From: Acidobacteriota bacterium
Lineage (GTDB): Bacteria > Acidobacteriota > Blastocatellia > Pyrinomonadales > Pyrinomonadaceae
Assembly: GCA_003222895.1 (NCBI GenBank)
Contig: QHXI01000052.1
Span: 118,109-182,108, forward strand
Direction: 5' to 3'
Length of the DNA stretch: 64,000 bases
Shown: one piece after another, positions 10,076 to 19,867 of the stretch
Position numbering within the stretch: the stretch's first letter is position 1
Layout of the letters: the number at the start of each line of letters is the position of its first letter
The notes under the pieces: generated by a model
The model's input: only the letters and a program-made list of their open reading frames with translations
Told to the model about the DNA's origin: nothing
The model's database searches: none
Program-made: the position numbers and the translations under genes

Positions 10076-11151
10076 ATGGCCAAAGAAGACTTTTACAAAA
10101 TTCTCGGCGTGAAGAAGGACGCCAAGCCGGAAGAGATCAAGAAAGCTTACCGGCGGCTGGCGCGCAAGTATCACCCTGACGTAAATCCGGGCGACAAAAC
10201 GGCCGAGGATCGCTTCAAGCAGATGAGTGAAGCGTTCGATGTGCTCTCGGATCCAAAGAAGCGCAAAGTCTACGATCAATTCGGTCAATACTCTGACAAT
10301 CTGGCGAACGCGGCCGCGAGCGGCGCCGGCTCGACCTACACGCGCGGCGCGCCGTTCGACTTTTCAGGTTTCGATTGGGGTGCGGCAACCAGTGGCGCTA
10401 CCCCTGGCGGCGGCAGTTTCCGCGATATCTTCGCCGATCTATTCAGTGGTGGACGAGCTGAACGTGAGCCGCCACGGCCTCAACCGCAACGCGGCGCCGA
10501 CATCGAGATGCCTTTGTCGCTCACTTTCGAAGAAGCGATCACCGGCTTAACGACCAACATCACTATGAATCGATCAGAGCAATGCTCGCGCTGTCATGGC
10601 GCGGGCGATACGGGCGGTTCGGTCGTGACTTGCTCAACGTGTAAAGGCTCGGGCCAGGTGCAACGCACGGGCGGCCGTCTGAGATTCAGTCAGGAGTGTC
10701 CCGACTGTGGCGGCACTGGCAAACGTCGTCCGCCATGCTCGCTTTGCAAAGGCAAAGGCGTGGCGAAGGCGGACGCTTGGGCGCGCCGCCGGGCGACCTT
10801 TACATCATCACGAACGTCGGCCGGCACCAGCACTTCACGCGCAAGGGCGACAACGTCTACGTGACCGTGCCGATCACCGTGCCCGAGGCCGCGCTCGGCG
10901 CGAAGATCGAAGTGCCGACCGTGACCGGCAAAGCGCAGTTGCGCGTTCCGCCGGGCACGCAGTCAGGACAAAAGTTTCGCTTGCGCGGCCGCGGCGCGCC
11001 GAGCCTGCGCGATGCAAGCACACATGGCGATCAGTTCATAGAAGTGCAAGTGTCCCTGCCGAAGGTAATTTCGGAAGAGACGAAAGAGTTGTTGCGCAAG
11101 TACGCGCAGATGAACTCAGAGAACCCGAGAGTAGTGATGGGATTGGAATAG
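10076..11151 (+). pseudogene. dnaJ: dnaJ disrupted by a frameshifting internal deletion, or an assembly error
   Basis: The J domain (HPD), the G/F region and four CxxCxGxG zinc-finger motifs are in one frame and end at ...CSLCKGKGV (about 10761). The rest of DnaJ ([15 protein letters not shown]...FRLRGRGAP...) continues from 10762 in another frame. About 20-25 codons that normally lie between them (the ...L.V.IPAGV..G..IR. segment) are missing. Confidence 0.8.
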
Positions 11152-11236
11152 TTTTGAGTTTTGAGTTTTCGGTGGGCCAAAGTCAAACCCGGTGTTTCGT
11201 GAACAGGTCCCAACTCAAAACTGAAAACTAAAAACT
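11151..11236. repeat. Low-complexity inverted repeat (TTTTGAGTT / AACTCAAAA) in the dnaJ-hspR spacer
   Basis: gttttgagttttgagttttc at 11151-11170, and caactcaaaactgaaaactaaaaac at 11210-11234, partly complementary. Confidence 0.55.
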
Positions 11237-11237
11237 G

Positions 11238-11651
11238 ATGAAAAGGCGAGCCAAAACATTTACGATCAGCGCGGTTGCGGAGCAATTCGATGTGCACCCG
11301 CAGACGCTGCGGCTCTATGAACGTGAAGGTTTGCTGAAGCCTTCGCGCTCGGAAGGTAACACGCGTCTTTATACCGACAACGATCTCGAGCGGCTCGAGT
11401 TGATTCTGTCTTTGACGCGCGATCTCGGCGTGAATCTTGCCGGCGTCGAAATCATTCTCAACATGCGCGAAAAGATGGATGCGATGCAGCGCGAGTTCGA
11501 ACGTTTCTTCGATTATCTGCAGGCTCACGCCGAAGAATTGTCTCGCTTCACCGAAGCTCCCCCGCCCGAAGCCGGTGCGCTGATTCCCATCAGCCGCGTT
11601 AATCGCCCGGTGCCCGTGAAGCGGCGCACAGTTGGCAGCAAGTCTCGATAA
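11238..11651 (+). CDS. hspR: MerR-family heat-shock regulator, HspR-like
   Basis: MerR HTH FTISAVAEQFDVHPQTLRLYEREGLLKPSRSEGNTRLYTDNDLERL. Its position directly downstream of dnaK-dnaJ matches known hspR operons. Confidence 0.7.
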   Translation: MKRRAKTFTISAVAEQFDVHPQTLRLYEREGLLKPSRSEGNTRLYTDNDLERLELILSLTRDLGVNLAGVEIILNMREKMDAMQREFERFFDYLQAHAEELSRFTEAPPPEAGALIPISRVNRPVPVKRRTVGSKSR

Positions 11652-11803
11652 ACCATTTCAACTCAATTGTCCTTTAGCTCGGCTAAAAACTTTGCTTCAA
11701 GCAAATCTTTTCGCGGTGTTAAAGTGTGCGCCCTAAGCGAGAAGTTTCAAGTCTCAGGTTTCAAGTTTCTAGTCAAATACGCGTTGGTGTGACGAGATCC
11801 CCG

Positions 11804-14800
11804 ATGCGGCGACCCCGGAAATTGATTCGCGTAATTCTCATCCTATTGGTGCTCGTGTGCTGTGCTGCTATCAGAGCCGGCGCACAGGATCTCGATAACG
11901 TCACGATTGCCGGAAAGGTAACAGATCAGAATGGCGCGGTGATCCCCAGCTCTGCGATCACGGCGACGCTGGCTGCGAAGAAAGTTGAACGCACGGTCGT
12001 TGCGGACGGCGATGGGAATTACAAACTGATTCAGTTGGCGCCGGGCGTTTACAACATCAAAGCCTCGTTCGCTGGATTTGCTTCGGAAGAAAGAACAAAC
12101 CTCACCACGATCGCCGCGCAGAATGTTCAACTCGATTTCATTCTCAAGCCAGCTGGCGTCACTGCTGAAGCTGTCGTCGTAAGCGCTGCCGAACCAACTC
12201 AAGTCGACACGACGCGAACCGTTGTCGGCGGGACAGTGACCACGCGCGAGATTGAAGCGTTGCCGGTTGCATCTCGCTCACCGCTCGATCTGATTTTCAC
12301 TTTGGGCGGCGTCAGTGAAGAGCCGCTTTCGACCCGCGATCTCGCCGATGATCCGACAAAACGCGGAACGCCTGAAGAAGCCGGCGACTTCTCGTTGTCC
12401 GGCGGCACGGCCTACTCGAACAACATCACGATCGATGGTCTCGACAACAACGACGATCGTTCGGCGCGCGAACGCTTCACGCCGTCGCTCGAAGCCGTCG
12501 AGGAAGTTCAAATCATTCGCAATCAATTCGCAGCCGAATACGGGCGTGCGTCCGGTGGTCGCATCAATTTGCGGACGCGTGCGGGTTCGAATAAGTTTCG
12601 CGGCCGTGCGTTTTATTTCTTTCGCGATGAATCGCTGGATGCGAATTCGTGGAAGAACAACACGCTGGGAATCAAGCGTCTGCCCCTTCAGGAACACGAT
12701 CCGGGATTTACTTTGAGTGGCCCGCTGGTGCTTCCGAAGATCTATAACGGCCGCAATCAAACTTTCTTTTTCACCGCGTACGAGTACGACACGTTTCTTG
12801 ATTCGACGCTTATCGATGCGCTGGTTCCAGTCGATCAAAACCCACTGTTTCCGCTTGCGGCGCCGACGAATATTTCGCAGAAGCGCGATGAGAATCCTTC
12901 CGGGCCGGCACTGAAGGCCGCGAACGGAATCGCTCCATTCGTTGAGCCGGTCAGTACTCCGCAGCGCAATCACATCTTCACCGCGCGTGTCGATCACAAG
13001 TTCACGGATCTTCACAATGGATCGTTTCTGTTTCAACTGGGACGACTCACCAATCTGCGGCAAATTGGCAGAGGCTCGGTAGATGATTTGATTGAAGCAT
13101 TGATTGGCAAAACGCGAAACACGGACGCAATTTCATACTCCGATAGTTACGTGATTTCCGCCCAGGCTGTCGCCCAGACGCGTTTTCAATTTTCGCGTCT
13201 AACTTCTGCGGTGGAAGCGACAGGCGACGCGACGAAACCTGTCGTTTTGATCAGCATCGCTGACTCTGCAGCGTTGAATTCGGGAACTTTGGTCGCCGGA
13301 ACATCGACTAGCGGCGCAACGGATCGGCGTGAGCAGCGCTTTCAATTTCAGGAGATTTTTGCTTACGAGAAAGGTCCGCATTCGCTAAAGTTCGGCGGCG
13401 ATATCCAACGAATCAAATCGACGTTCATCGATCTCTCGGACGCGACGGGCACCTGGAGTTTCGACAGCGCGGGGGACTTTCTTGCCAACATATCCAGCCG
13501 TTATCGCCAAAACTTCCTGACGAGCTCAAGGCAGCGCAATACATACTTCGGGATCTTTGCGCAAGACGAATGGCGCTTGAAGCCGAACTTCATGCTTAGC
13601 TACGGCGTGCGTTTCGAAGACGAGACGATCGTCAGTGACCTGAACAACTTCGGGCCCCGCGTGGCGTTTGCTTACGATCCGTTTAAGTCGGGCAAGACAG
13701 TCATTCGCGGCGGCGCGGGCATTTTCTACAACCGCGCGCTGCTACGCACAATCGACGATTTCACCACGGGCGCGCAGCAACTATTCTTCGACACCGATAC
13801 CCTCACCGATCCGGCGACCGGTAAGATCATGACCGATGCACAACGTCGAGCGTTCATTGCCGCCAATCTCAAGTTTCCGCAAACACTCACTGCCGACTCG
13901 CCGCTGGTCAAACAATTTGCAGTTGGCAACACCGGCACCTCTTTGGGCGGCGGCCTGTTGCGCCGGCTCGATCCAACCCTGCGCATTCCGGAAAGCTATC
14001 AAGCGAACATCGGTATCGAACGAGAGTTTCGCAAGAGTTTAGTCTTCGAATTCAATTACACCTGGAATCGCGGGCTGCACCTATGGCGCGAATTCAATAT
14101 CAATGCGCCGTTGCGGCCGAAAGGTTACAAAAGTTTCACCGAGTATCTGGCATCGCATGATTTCGCCAACTTTCTCGCAAAGCCCGGTGGCGTGCGGCCA
14201 ATTCTGAACACCTCGACCGCGGGCGATCTGGTTCGTTTTGTTGTAACGCCGCCCGATCCGGCGAATCCGAATTCGGTCATTCGCATCGTCGAATTCGGCG
14301 TGCCCGTCTCGCTGGTCAACCTCAATTCGTTTACTTCGACGACATCGGTGACAACGGCATTGGCGGCGTTGAACCCTTTGCGTCCCGATCCGACGAAAGG
14401 CGAAGTCGAAGAATTGATCCCCGTCGGCAACAGTTTCTATCACTGCCTGACCTTCGAATTGCGCAATCGTTTTCGACAGAAGAAGAACGGCTTGGCCTTT
14501 TCATTTCGTGCCGTTTATACGCTGTCGTTTTTGAAAGATGACGGTATCGTCAATACGTCAGACGCGGTGATCGCCGGAAATTTTCAGGGCGAATTGTCGC
14601 GCAGCCTCCAGGATCGTCGTCATCGCTTCGTTTTTTCCGGAACGCTCGATACGCCGAAATATCTTGGCAAGCTGCGCATCTCGCCGATCATGCGCATCGC
14701 TTCCGGAGCGCCTTTCAATATCGGACTCGGCGCTGATCGAAATCTCGATGACATCAGGAACGATCGGCCCGGCTTTAACGGCGACCCGAGCGTGCTGAAA

Positions 14801-15160
14801 TGGCGCGCGCCCGGGCAGCCGCTCGACCCATCAATACTGAATCAGTTCACGCTGCCGACGATTGGTCAGAGCGGAAACCTGCCGCGCAACGCTGCGCTTG
14901 GACCAGCTCAATTTCTTTTTGATTTTAACGTAACGCGAGAATTCAAGCTGACGGAGCGCGTCCGCCTGCGTCCAGTTGTTGAGTTCGACAACATCCTGAA
15001 CGCCACGGTGTTCAGCTTTGGCAGCGAGTTCATCGACTTCAACGCGTTTGGGCCAACGTCTTCAGACGCGACGCGGCAAGCCTTCATCAATTCGTTCCTG
15101 GTGCCGACACGCACGATGCGCCCGCGACAGATCAGGCTGGGAATGCGTTTGGATTTCTGA
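11804..15160 (+). CDS. TonB-dependent-receptor-like outer-membrane protein with an N-terminal CarboxypepD_reg domain (1118 aa)
   Basis: Signal peptide ILILLVLVCCAAIRAGAQD. CarboxypepD_reg fold (VTIAGKVTDQNGAVIPSSAI...DGDGNYKLIQLAPGVYNIKASFAGF). Long beta-rich barrel ending in an aromatic residue (RLGMRLDF). The start was moved to ATG 11804 because the ORF-track N-terminus is translated repeat DNA. Confidence 0.75.
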   Translation: MRRPRKLIRVILILLVLVCCAAIRAGAQDLDNVTIAGKVTDQNGAVIPSSAITATLAAKKVERTVVADGDGNYKLIQLAPGVYNIKASFAGFASEERTNLTTIAAQNVQLDFILKPAGVTAEAVVVSAAEPTQVDTTRTVVGGTVTTREIEALPVASRSPLDLIFTLGGVSEEPLSTRDLADDPTKRGTPEEAGDFSLSGGTAYSNNITIDGLDNNDDRSARERFTPSLEAVEEVQIIRNQFAAEYGRASGGRINLRTRAGSNKFRGRAFYFFRDESLDANSWKNNTLGIKRLPLQEHDPGFTLSGPLVLPKIYNGRNQTFFFTAYEYDTFLDSTLIDALVPVDQNPLFPLAAPTNISQKRDENPSGPALKAANGIAPFVEPVSTPQRNHIFTARVDHKFTDLHNGSFLFQLGRLTNLRQIGRGSVDDLIEALIGKTRNTDAISYSDSYVISAQAVAQTRFQFSRLTSAVEATGDATKPVVLISIADSAALNSGTLVAGTSTSGATDRREQRFQFQEIFAYEKGPHSLKFGGDIQRIKSTFIDLSDATGTWSFDSAGDFLANISSRYRQNFLTSSRQRNTYFGIFAQDEWRLKPNFMLSYGVRFEDETIVSDLNNFGPRVAFAYDPFKSGKTVIRGGAGIFYNRALLRTIDDFTTGAQQLFFDTDTLTDPATGKIMTDAQRRAFIAANLKFPQTLTADSPLVKQFAVGNTGTSLGGGLLRRLDPTLRIPESYQANIGIEREFRKSLVFEFNYTWNRGLHLWREFNINAPLRPKGYKSFTEYLASHDFANFLAKPGGVRPILNTSTAGDLVRFVVTPPDPANPNSVIRIVEFGVPVSLVNLNSFTSTTSVTTALAALNPLRPDPTKGEVEELIPVGNSFYHCLTFELRNRFRQKKNGLAFSFRAVYTLSFLKDDGIVNTSDAVIAGNFQGELSRSLQDRRHRFVFSGTLDTPKYLGKLRISPIMRIASGAPFNIGLGADRNLDDIRNDRPGFNGDPSVLKWRAPGQPLDPSILNQFTLPTIGQSGNLPRNAALGPAQFLFDFNVTREFKLTERVRLRPVVEFDNILNATVFSFGSEFIDFNAFGPTSSDATRQAFINSFLVPTRTMRPRQIRLGMRLDF

Positions 15161-15255
15161 TTTGGAGTGCGCCGGCAGAGCGCAGCGGCGACGGCGCTTG
15201 GCTACGTTCCGAAATCCAAAGCGGTGTCGCACTGCGCTTGCCACCGCAGTCCAAA
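15161..15255. repeat. About 95-nt palindromic REP-like element (GGAGTGCGCCGGCAGAGCGCAGCGGCGACGGCGCTTGG / reverse complement)
   Basis: Left arm 15161-15201 and right arm 15216-15255 are imperfect reverse complements. It starts right after the stop codon of the receptor gene. Confidence 0.65.
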
Positions 15256-15263
15256 TACAAAAA

Positions 15264-15287
15264 AGCCTCTGCCGCCCGGCAGAGGCT
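15264..15287 (-). terminator. Rho-independent terminator hairpin (bidirectional context)
   Basis: 10-bp stem agcctctgcc/ggcagaggct with loop gccc. An A-run on the plus strand gives a T-run after the hairpin on the minus strand. It lies 27 nt downstream of the minus-strand gene 15314-15658. Confidence 0.7.
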
Positions 15288-15313
15288 TCTTAATAAATAA
15301 GACTCAGTCTGAT

Positions 15314-15658
15314 CTAGTTGAACTCGAGCACGAGTCCTTTCTCACAGAAGTCAAACTTCACTGCATCAGACCACTCACCGTCGGCAAACTGGACCTTGAA
15401 GTACTGCTCGCAGTTTTCACTGTCGGTTGATTTGTCCCAGACCAGTTCATCGGTGGCCCCGGCAGCAATGCCACCGCCAATATCGAAATCGCCCCACTTC
15501 TTGCCATCTTGCGAGACCTGAAGTTTTTTTATGGCCTGTTTGGTGTTGTTGTGGACCTTGAATTTGTACTCACTGGTCTTCGCCAGGCTGAGCGTGCTCA
15601 TTAAAGCGAAAGCGAGTGCGAGCATCGAAATTTTTGCAAAGTTACGGTAAACGCGCAT
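15314..15658 (-). CDS. Small hypothetical secreted protein (114 aa)
   Basis: Signal peptide MRVYRNFAKISMLALAFALMSTLSLAKT. Followed by the terminator. No family recognised. Confidence 0.55.
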   Translation of the reverse strand: MRVYRNFAKISMLALAFALMSTLSLAKTSEYKFKVHNNTKQAIKKLQVSQDGKKWGDFDIGGGIAAGATDELVWDKSTDSENCEQYFKVQFADGEWSDAVKFDFCEKGLVLEFN

Positions 15659-15879
15659 TTATTTTTCTCCAAGTGATTTTTATTCTCGTGACGAGGGAAC
15701 GCCAGCGATTGTCGCAATTCGACGCTAGATGATAAGCGCGGGCGCGGGTTTTAGCAATGCCAGCGCCGCTCGAGCCAAGATCACGCTTCCTAACGTTCTT
15801 TTGCCAGATTGGCTTAGTCGCTTCCTGGTAGTTTACCTGCGCCGACGTTGCGGTTTACGATTCATGAAAAGGAGCACTC

Positions 15880-16953
15880 ATGAAATACCGGCTATTGGGA
15901 AACACTGGTGTGAAAGTGTCTGAGCTGTGCCTCGGCACGATGACGTTTGGCGCAGAATTTTTCAATATCGCGGAAGTCGATCAGAAAGGCGCCAATGCGA
16001 TGGTCGCGCGCTCGATCGAGTCCGGCATCAATTTCTTTGATACTGCCGACGTTTATTCATACGGCCAGTCGGAAACGATCCTGGGCCAGGCCTTAAAACA
16101 TTCCGGCATCGCGCGCGACAAAGTGATCGTCGCGACGAAAGTTCGCGGCGCGATGAGCGAAGGGTCGACGAACGGTACAAGCGACCTCAATAACGTCGGG
16201 CTCTCGCGCCAGCACATCCTTGCTTCGATTGATCAAAGTCTGCGGCGGCTCGACGTGGATTATGTCGATCTATATCAGGTGCACGGGTGGGATTTGCTGA
16301 CGCCGATTGAAGAGACGCTGCGCGCGCTCGAAGATCTGGTGCGACAGGGAAAGGCGCGCTACATCGGCTGTTCGAATTGGGCCGCGCGCCAGTTGATGAA
16401 GGCACTCGTGCTTTCACGAGAGCGAGGGTGGGCCAGCTTCGTTTCTCTGCAAGCCTACTATTCCCTCGTTGGTCGCGATCTCGAACACGAGTTGTTGCCG
16501 CTTTGTCGCGAAGAAAAAATCGGCGTGTTGCCCTGGTCGCCTTTGTCGGGCGGGTTTCTAACAGGCAAATATCGGCGCGACAATCCGAGTCCTGAAGGCG
16601 CGCGCCGCACCGGGTTTGGCTTTCCGCCGATCGATGAAGCGCGCGGATTCGACGCCATCGACGTGCTCGACCAAATTGCGAGAGCGAAAGGCGCGACCAT
16701 CGCGCAAGTCGCATTGGCCTGGTTACTCGCACAAGACGGCGTCACTTCGATCATCATCGGCGCTAACAAGATGTCGCAGCTGGACGACAATTTGAAAGCT
16801 GCGGATTTGGAGTTGACCGCCGAAGAGATCGATCGGCTGTCGCAGACAACCGCTCCGCCATCGATCTATCCAAAGTGGATGATCGAACGGCAGAATGCAG
16901 GTCGCGTTGAGCCGGTTGAGACTGAACAGAAATCAGCAGCTGTGCTGAGATAA
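15880..16953 (+). CDS. Aldo/keto reductase family oxidoreductase
   Basis: MKYRLLGNTGVKVSELCLGTMTFG, FFDTADVYSYGQSE, YVDLYQVHGWD, ARYIGCSNW. Confidence 0.85.
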   Translation: MKYRLLGNTGVKVSELCLGTMTFGAEFFNIAEVDQKGANAMVARSIESGINFFDTADVYSYGQSETILGQALKHSGIARDKVIVATKVRGAMSEGSTNGTSDLNNVGLSRQHILASIDQSLRRLDVDYVDLYQVHGWDLLTPIEETLRALEDLVRQGKARYIGCSNWAARQLMKALVLSRERGWASFVSLQAYYSLVGRDLEHELLPLCREEKIGVLPWSPLSGGFLTGKYRRDNPSPEGARRTGFGFPPIDEARGFDAIDVLDQIARAKGATIAQVALAWLLAQDGVTSIIIGANKMSQLDDNLKAADLELTAEEIDRLSQTTAPPSIYPKWMIERQNAGRVEPVETEQKSAAVLR

Positions 16954-16959
16954 ACAGGC

Positions 16960-18327
16960 GTGCCTTCGCAATCGACAATTATTATTGGCGCCGGCGCCGC
17001 CGGTCTCGCCGCCGCGCGCGACCTCGCCCGCGTGGGCCGAGAGGTGATCGTGCTCGAAGCGCGTGATCGCATCGGCGGCCGCGTCTTTACTCACAAACCT
17101 CCCGGAACTCCCGTTCCAATCGAACTAGGGGCGGAATTCGTGCACGGAAAACCGCCGGAGATTTTTCAGATTGCTCAGGCGGCAAATCTCGAGTTGTACG
17201 AAGTCAGCGAACGTCACTGGTATTTTGACGATGGCAAGGTCAGTAAGTCGCACGACTTCTGGAAGGCAATCGAGAGTCTTATGGACGAGATGAAATCGTC
17301 CGATAAGGATCGCTCCCTGAAAGAGTTTCTCGAATCGATTCCCAATAATAAAGACACGCGTCGCGCGAAAGCGATGGTGACGAGATACGTCGAAGGCTTT
17401 CACGCGGCCAGCATCGGCCGCGTCAGCGTGCGCGGATTGATCGAAGCGAACAAAGCGGCGGATTCCATCGACGGCGACATCGCGTTTCGCTTTGTGAGTG
17501 GCTACGAGACGCTGATGAACGCGTTGCGAGCCGAAGCCGAAAGCTACGGCGCCGAGTTTCATTTGAGTACTGCCGTCAAACAGGTTGATTGGCGCGGCGC
17601 GGAGATCGAAATTACGTGCGAGGGTGACTCAACTGGCTCAGAAACTTTCCGGGCATCGTCAGCAATCATTACCTTGCCGCTTAGTATCCTGAAGAAGAGT
17701 ATCGATAAACAAGTGCTGCAATTCATTCCGGAATTGCCTGGCACAAAGGTCGCGGCGATCAAGATGCTCGCCGTGGGCAACGTGATAAAAATCAATTTGC
17801 TTTTTCGCGAACGTTTTTGGGAAGGAGTGAGGCTTTGGGACGAACACGGCGAGCCGGTCAGTTTCCATGATGGCGGCTTTTTTCACTTTCCCGACGCGCC
17901 GATTCCAACCTGGTGGACGCAGTTGCCAATTCGCGCGCCCTTGCTAGTCGGTTGGGCCGGCGGGCCAAAGGCAGATCGTTTCAGAACCGCGGGCGAACGG
18001 CTCTCGAAAGCAGGGGGCGGCGAGCAATCGGCGGTTCTGGACCAAGCCATTGCTTCGCTCGCGAATATTTTCAACCTGCCGGTGGCGGAGATTCGAGATA
18101 TGCTAGAGCGCTTCTACATTCACGATTGGCTCGACGATCCGTTCAGTCGCGGCGCTTACAGTTACGTCCCTGTCAATGGTTTGGCAGCGCAACAAGCATT
18201 GGCTGAGCCGATTGGAGGAAAATTGTTTTTCGCGGGAGAGGCGACCAGCGTCGGTCACATCGGAACGGTGCACGGCGCAATTCAAACAGGTCAGCGTGCG
18301 GCAACCGAAATCCTGAATGAAGATTAG
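16960..18327 (+). CDS. Flavin-containing amine oxidase family oxidoreductase
   Basis: Dinucleotide fold IIIGAGAAGLAAARDLARVGREVIVLEARDRIGGR. C-terminal FFAGEATS...GTVHGAIQTG typical of amine oxidases. Confidence 0.8.
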   Translation: MPSQSTIIIGAGAAGLAAARDLARVGREVIVLEARDRIGGRVFTHKPPGTPVPIELGAEFVHGKPPEIFQIAQAANLELYEVSERHWYFDDGKVSKSHDFWKAIESLMDEMKSSDKDRSLKEFLESIPNNKDTRRAKAMVTRYVEGFHAASIGRVSVRGLIEANKAADSIDGDIAFRFVSGYETLMNALRAEAESYGAEFHLSTAVKQVDWRGAEIEITCEGDSTGSETFRASSAIITLPLSILKKSIDKQVLQFIPELPGTKVAAIKMLAVGNVIKINLLFRERFWEGVRLWDEHGEPVSFHDGGFFHFPDAPIPTWWTQLPIRAPLLVGWAGGPKADRFRTAGERLSKAGGGEQSAVLDQAIASLANIFNLPVAEIRDMLERFYIHDWLDDPFSRGAYSYVPVNGLAAQQALAEPIGGKLFFAGEATSVGHIGTVHGAIQTGQRAATEILNED

Positions 18328-19019
18328 CCAGTCACCGCAATCTCATTTCGCCAAATCAGCAAATATCGCCACAGCAAAAGCCTGCGAATTTCAGACCCGG
18401 GAAGAATTTCGGCAGCGAGGCTACTCAATTCGTTCATCGTTAGGTAAGTATCAGTCTTGCCGTGTTCTTCCCATGCAGCGCGAACGGCACGAGACGGTTT
18501 CAAGCGGCCGTTGTGAAGAGCCCTGAGACTGCCGCAGACCGCCATGGCCGCGACGTTCAAGGTCGCGTCCAGAATTCCGTTCGCAGTCAGCAGCCTTCGC
18601 TCAGGTTCGAATAAATCAATGATTATAAGTACACCGCCCGGGCGCAGATGTGTCTTCAGTTTTTTGAATGCTGCGTGCGCCGGCAGATGATGCAACGTGG
18701 CGATCGTGGCAATGCAATCGAATGACTCAGTGGTTTGCCACGACATAAAGTCGGCAACATGAAACTGCAAATTCCCTAACGCAGCAGAATGCGATCGAGC
18801 GACCCGAATCATTTCAGACGACAAATCCAGCGCGATGACTTCTTGAGCACGTTGAGTTAGCCGTCGTGAGAACGAGCCAGTGCCACAGCCAACTTCGAGG
18901 ACCCGCTCGCAAGGCGTCGGAACATAGCGAAGCAGCAGATTGTGGTAGTGATTGTTCTGAGTCCAGCCGCCGGTATCGAGCAGTGCAAGCCGATCGAAAT
19001 CTTTTTCAATGGCAGACAT
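18324..19019 (-). CDS. Class I SAM-dependent methyltransferase
   Basis: Motif I VLEVGCGTGSFSRRL and motif post-I VIALDLS. Confidence 0.75.
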   Translation of the reverse strand: MSAIEKDFDRLALLDTGGWTQNNHYHNLLLRYVPTPCERVLEVGCGTGSFSRRLTQRAQEVIALDLSSEMIRVARSHSAALGNLQFHVADFMSWQTTESFDCIATIATLHHLPAHAAFKKLKTHLRPGGVLIIIDLFEPERRLLTANGILDATLNVAAMAVCGSLRALHNGRLKPSRAVRAAWEEHGKTDTYLTMNELSSLAAEILPGSEIRRLLLWRYLLIWRNEIAVTG

Positions 19020-19034
19020 TTCGCATTCCGCCGT

Positions 19035-19796
19035 TCAATCAATCAGGACGCGACTTTCTAAAGCTTCGGCGCGTTCAATCGCAGTCAGCAAACGCAGAAA
19101 CTGGGCAAAGCTGCGGCTGCGCGAATGCAATCGCTCGCGCTCTAATTCGCTGATCTCGTTTTGAAGAATCAAATCGAGAAAATCGTAATAGTCGCCGGTA
19201 GCTGCCAGCGGAAACTCGCGCGTGTAACCGGTGCGTTCGGAATCTTCAGAACGAAATCCGGCGAGCATGTCAAAGACATTGTCGGTCGTGAGATGCGACG
19301 CGGCTCGCGACAGACGAATCGGCAGACGCATTTCGAAAAAGCGCAGGCCGTCGTCAGTCGTCACGCGCCGCAGCTCTTTTGTGGCCTCGCCGTCGAACGG
19401 CGATTCGGGGTCGATCAGGATTTGCAGCAGGCGCGGATGATCCTCGCGATCGACTGTATCCAACATTAGCTGCACTCGATCAGCTAAGAACTTTTCAAAG
19501 TGCGCATCGATCGGGTAATTGATGCGGCCGAGACATCCGACGGCTTCGCCTTCTCCGGCAGTTTCAATCGGCAAGCAAGCTGGACAGTTTGCGCAGATCG
19601 CGGTTTCGCTCTGTAGCACATCGATTTCGGCGCTCGACTTTTCGATCCACTCGATCTTGTCCGCCGTAGGTACGCTCTGATCGACCGTTGTCAGGATGGT
19701 GTGCAGATTGCTCAGCCGACCCCAATCGCGCAAGTGCCTTTCGTCATAACGCGCGCGCAAGCGGCAGGGAAAATCGACGGCGAATTCGAGCGACAT
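19035..19796 (-). CDS. Hypothetical protein (253 aa)
   Basis: Long ORF with normal-looking composition. Cys cluster CANCPACLP...GC. No family recognised. Confidence 0.45.
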   Translation of the reverse strand: MSLEFAVDFPCRLRARYDERHLRDWGRLSNLHTILTTVDQSVPTADKIEWIEKSSAEIDVLQSETAICANCPACLPIETAGEGEAVGCLGRINYPIDAHFEKFLADRVQLMLDTVDREDHPRLLQILIDPESPFDGEATKELRRVTTDDGLRFFEMRLPIRLSRAASHLTTDNVFDMLAGFRSEDSERTGYTREFPLAATGDYYDFLDLILQNEISELERERLHSRSRSFAQFLRLLTAIERAEALESRVLID

Positions 19797-19867
19797 GTCA
19801 GTAAGCAGTCAGCCGTGAGCAGCAGATCCTCTGTGCGAACTTACAGAAACGACATCAACGTCCCTCG

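Noticed and set aside
11726-11803. N-terminal extension of the TonB-like receptor ORF (…SSLRFQVSSQ…)
   Set aside because: It is the translation of a low-complexity tttcaag repeat. A signal peptide follows ATG 11804.
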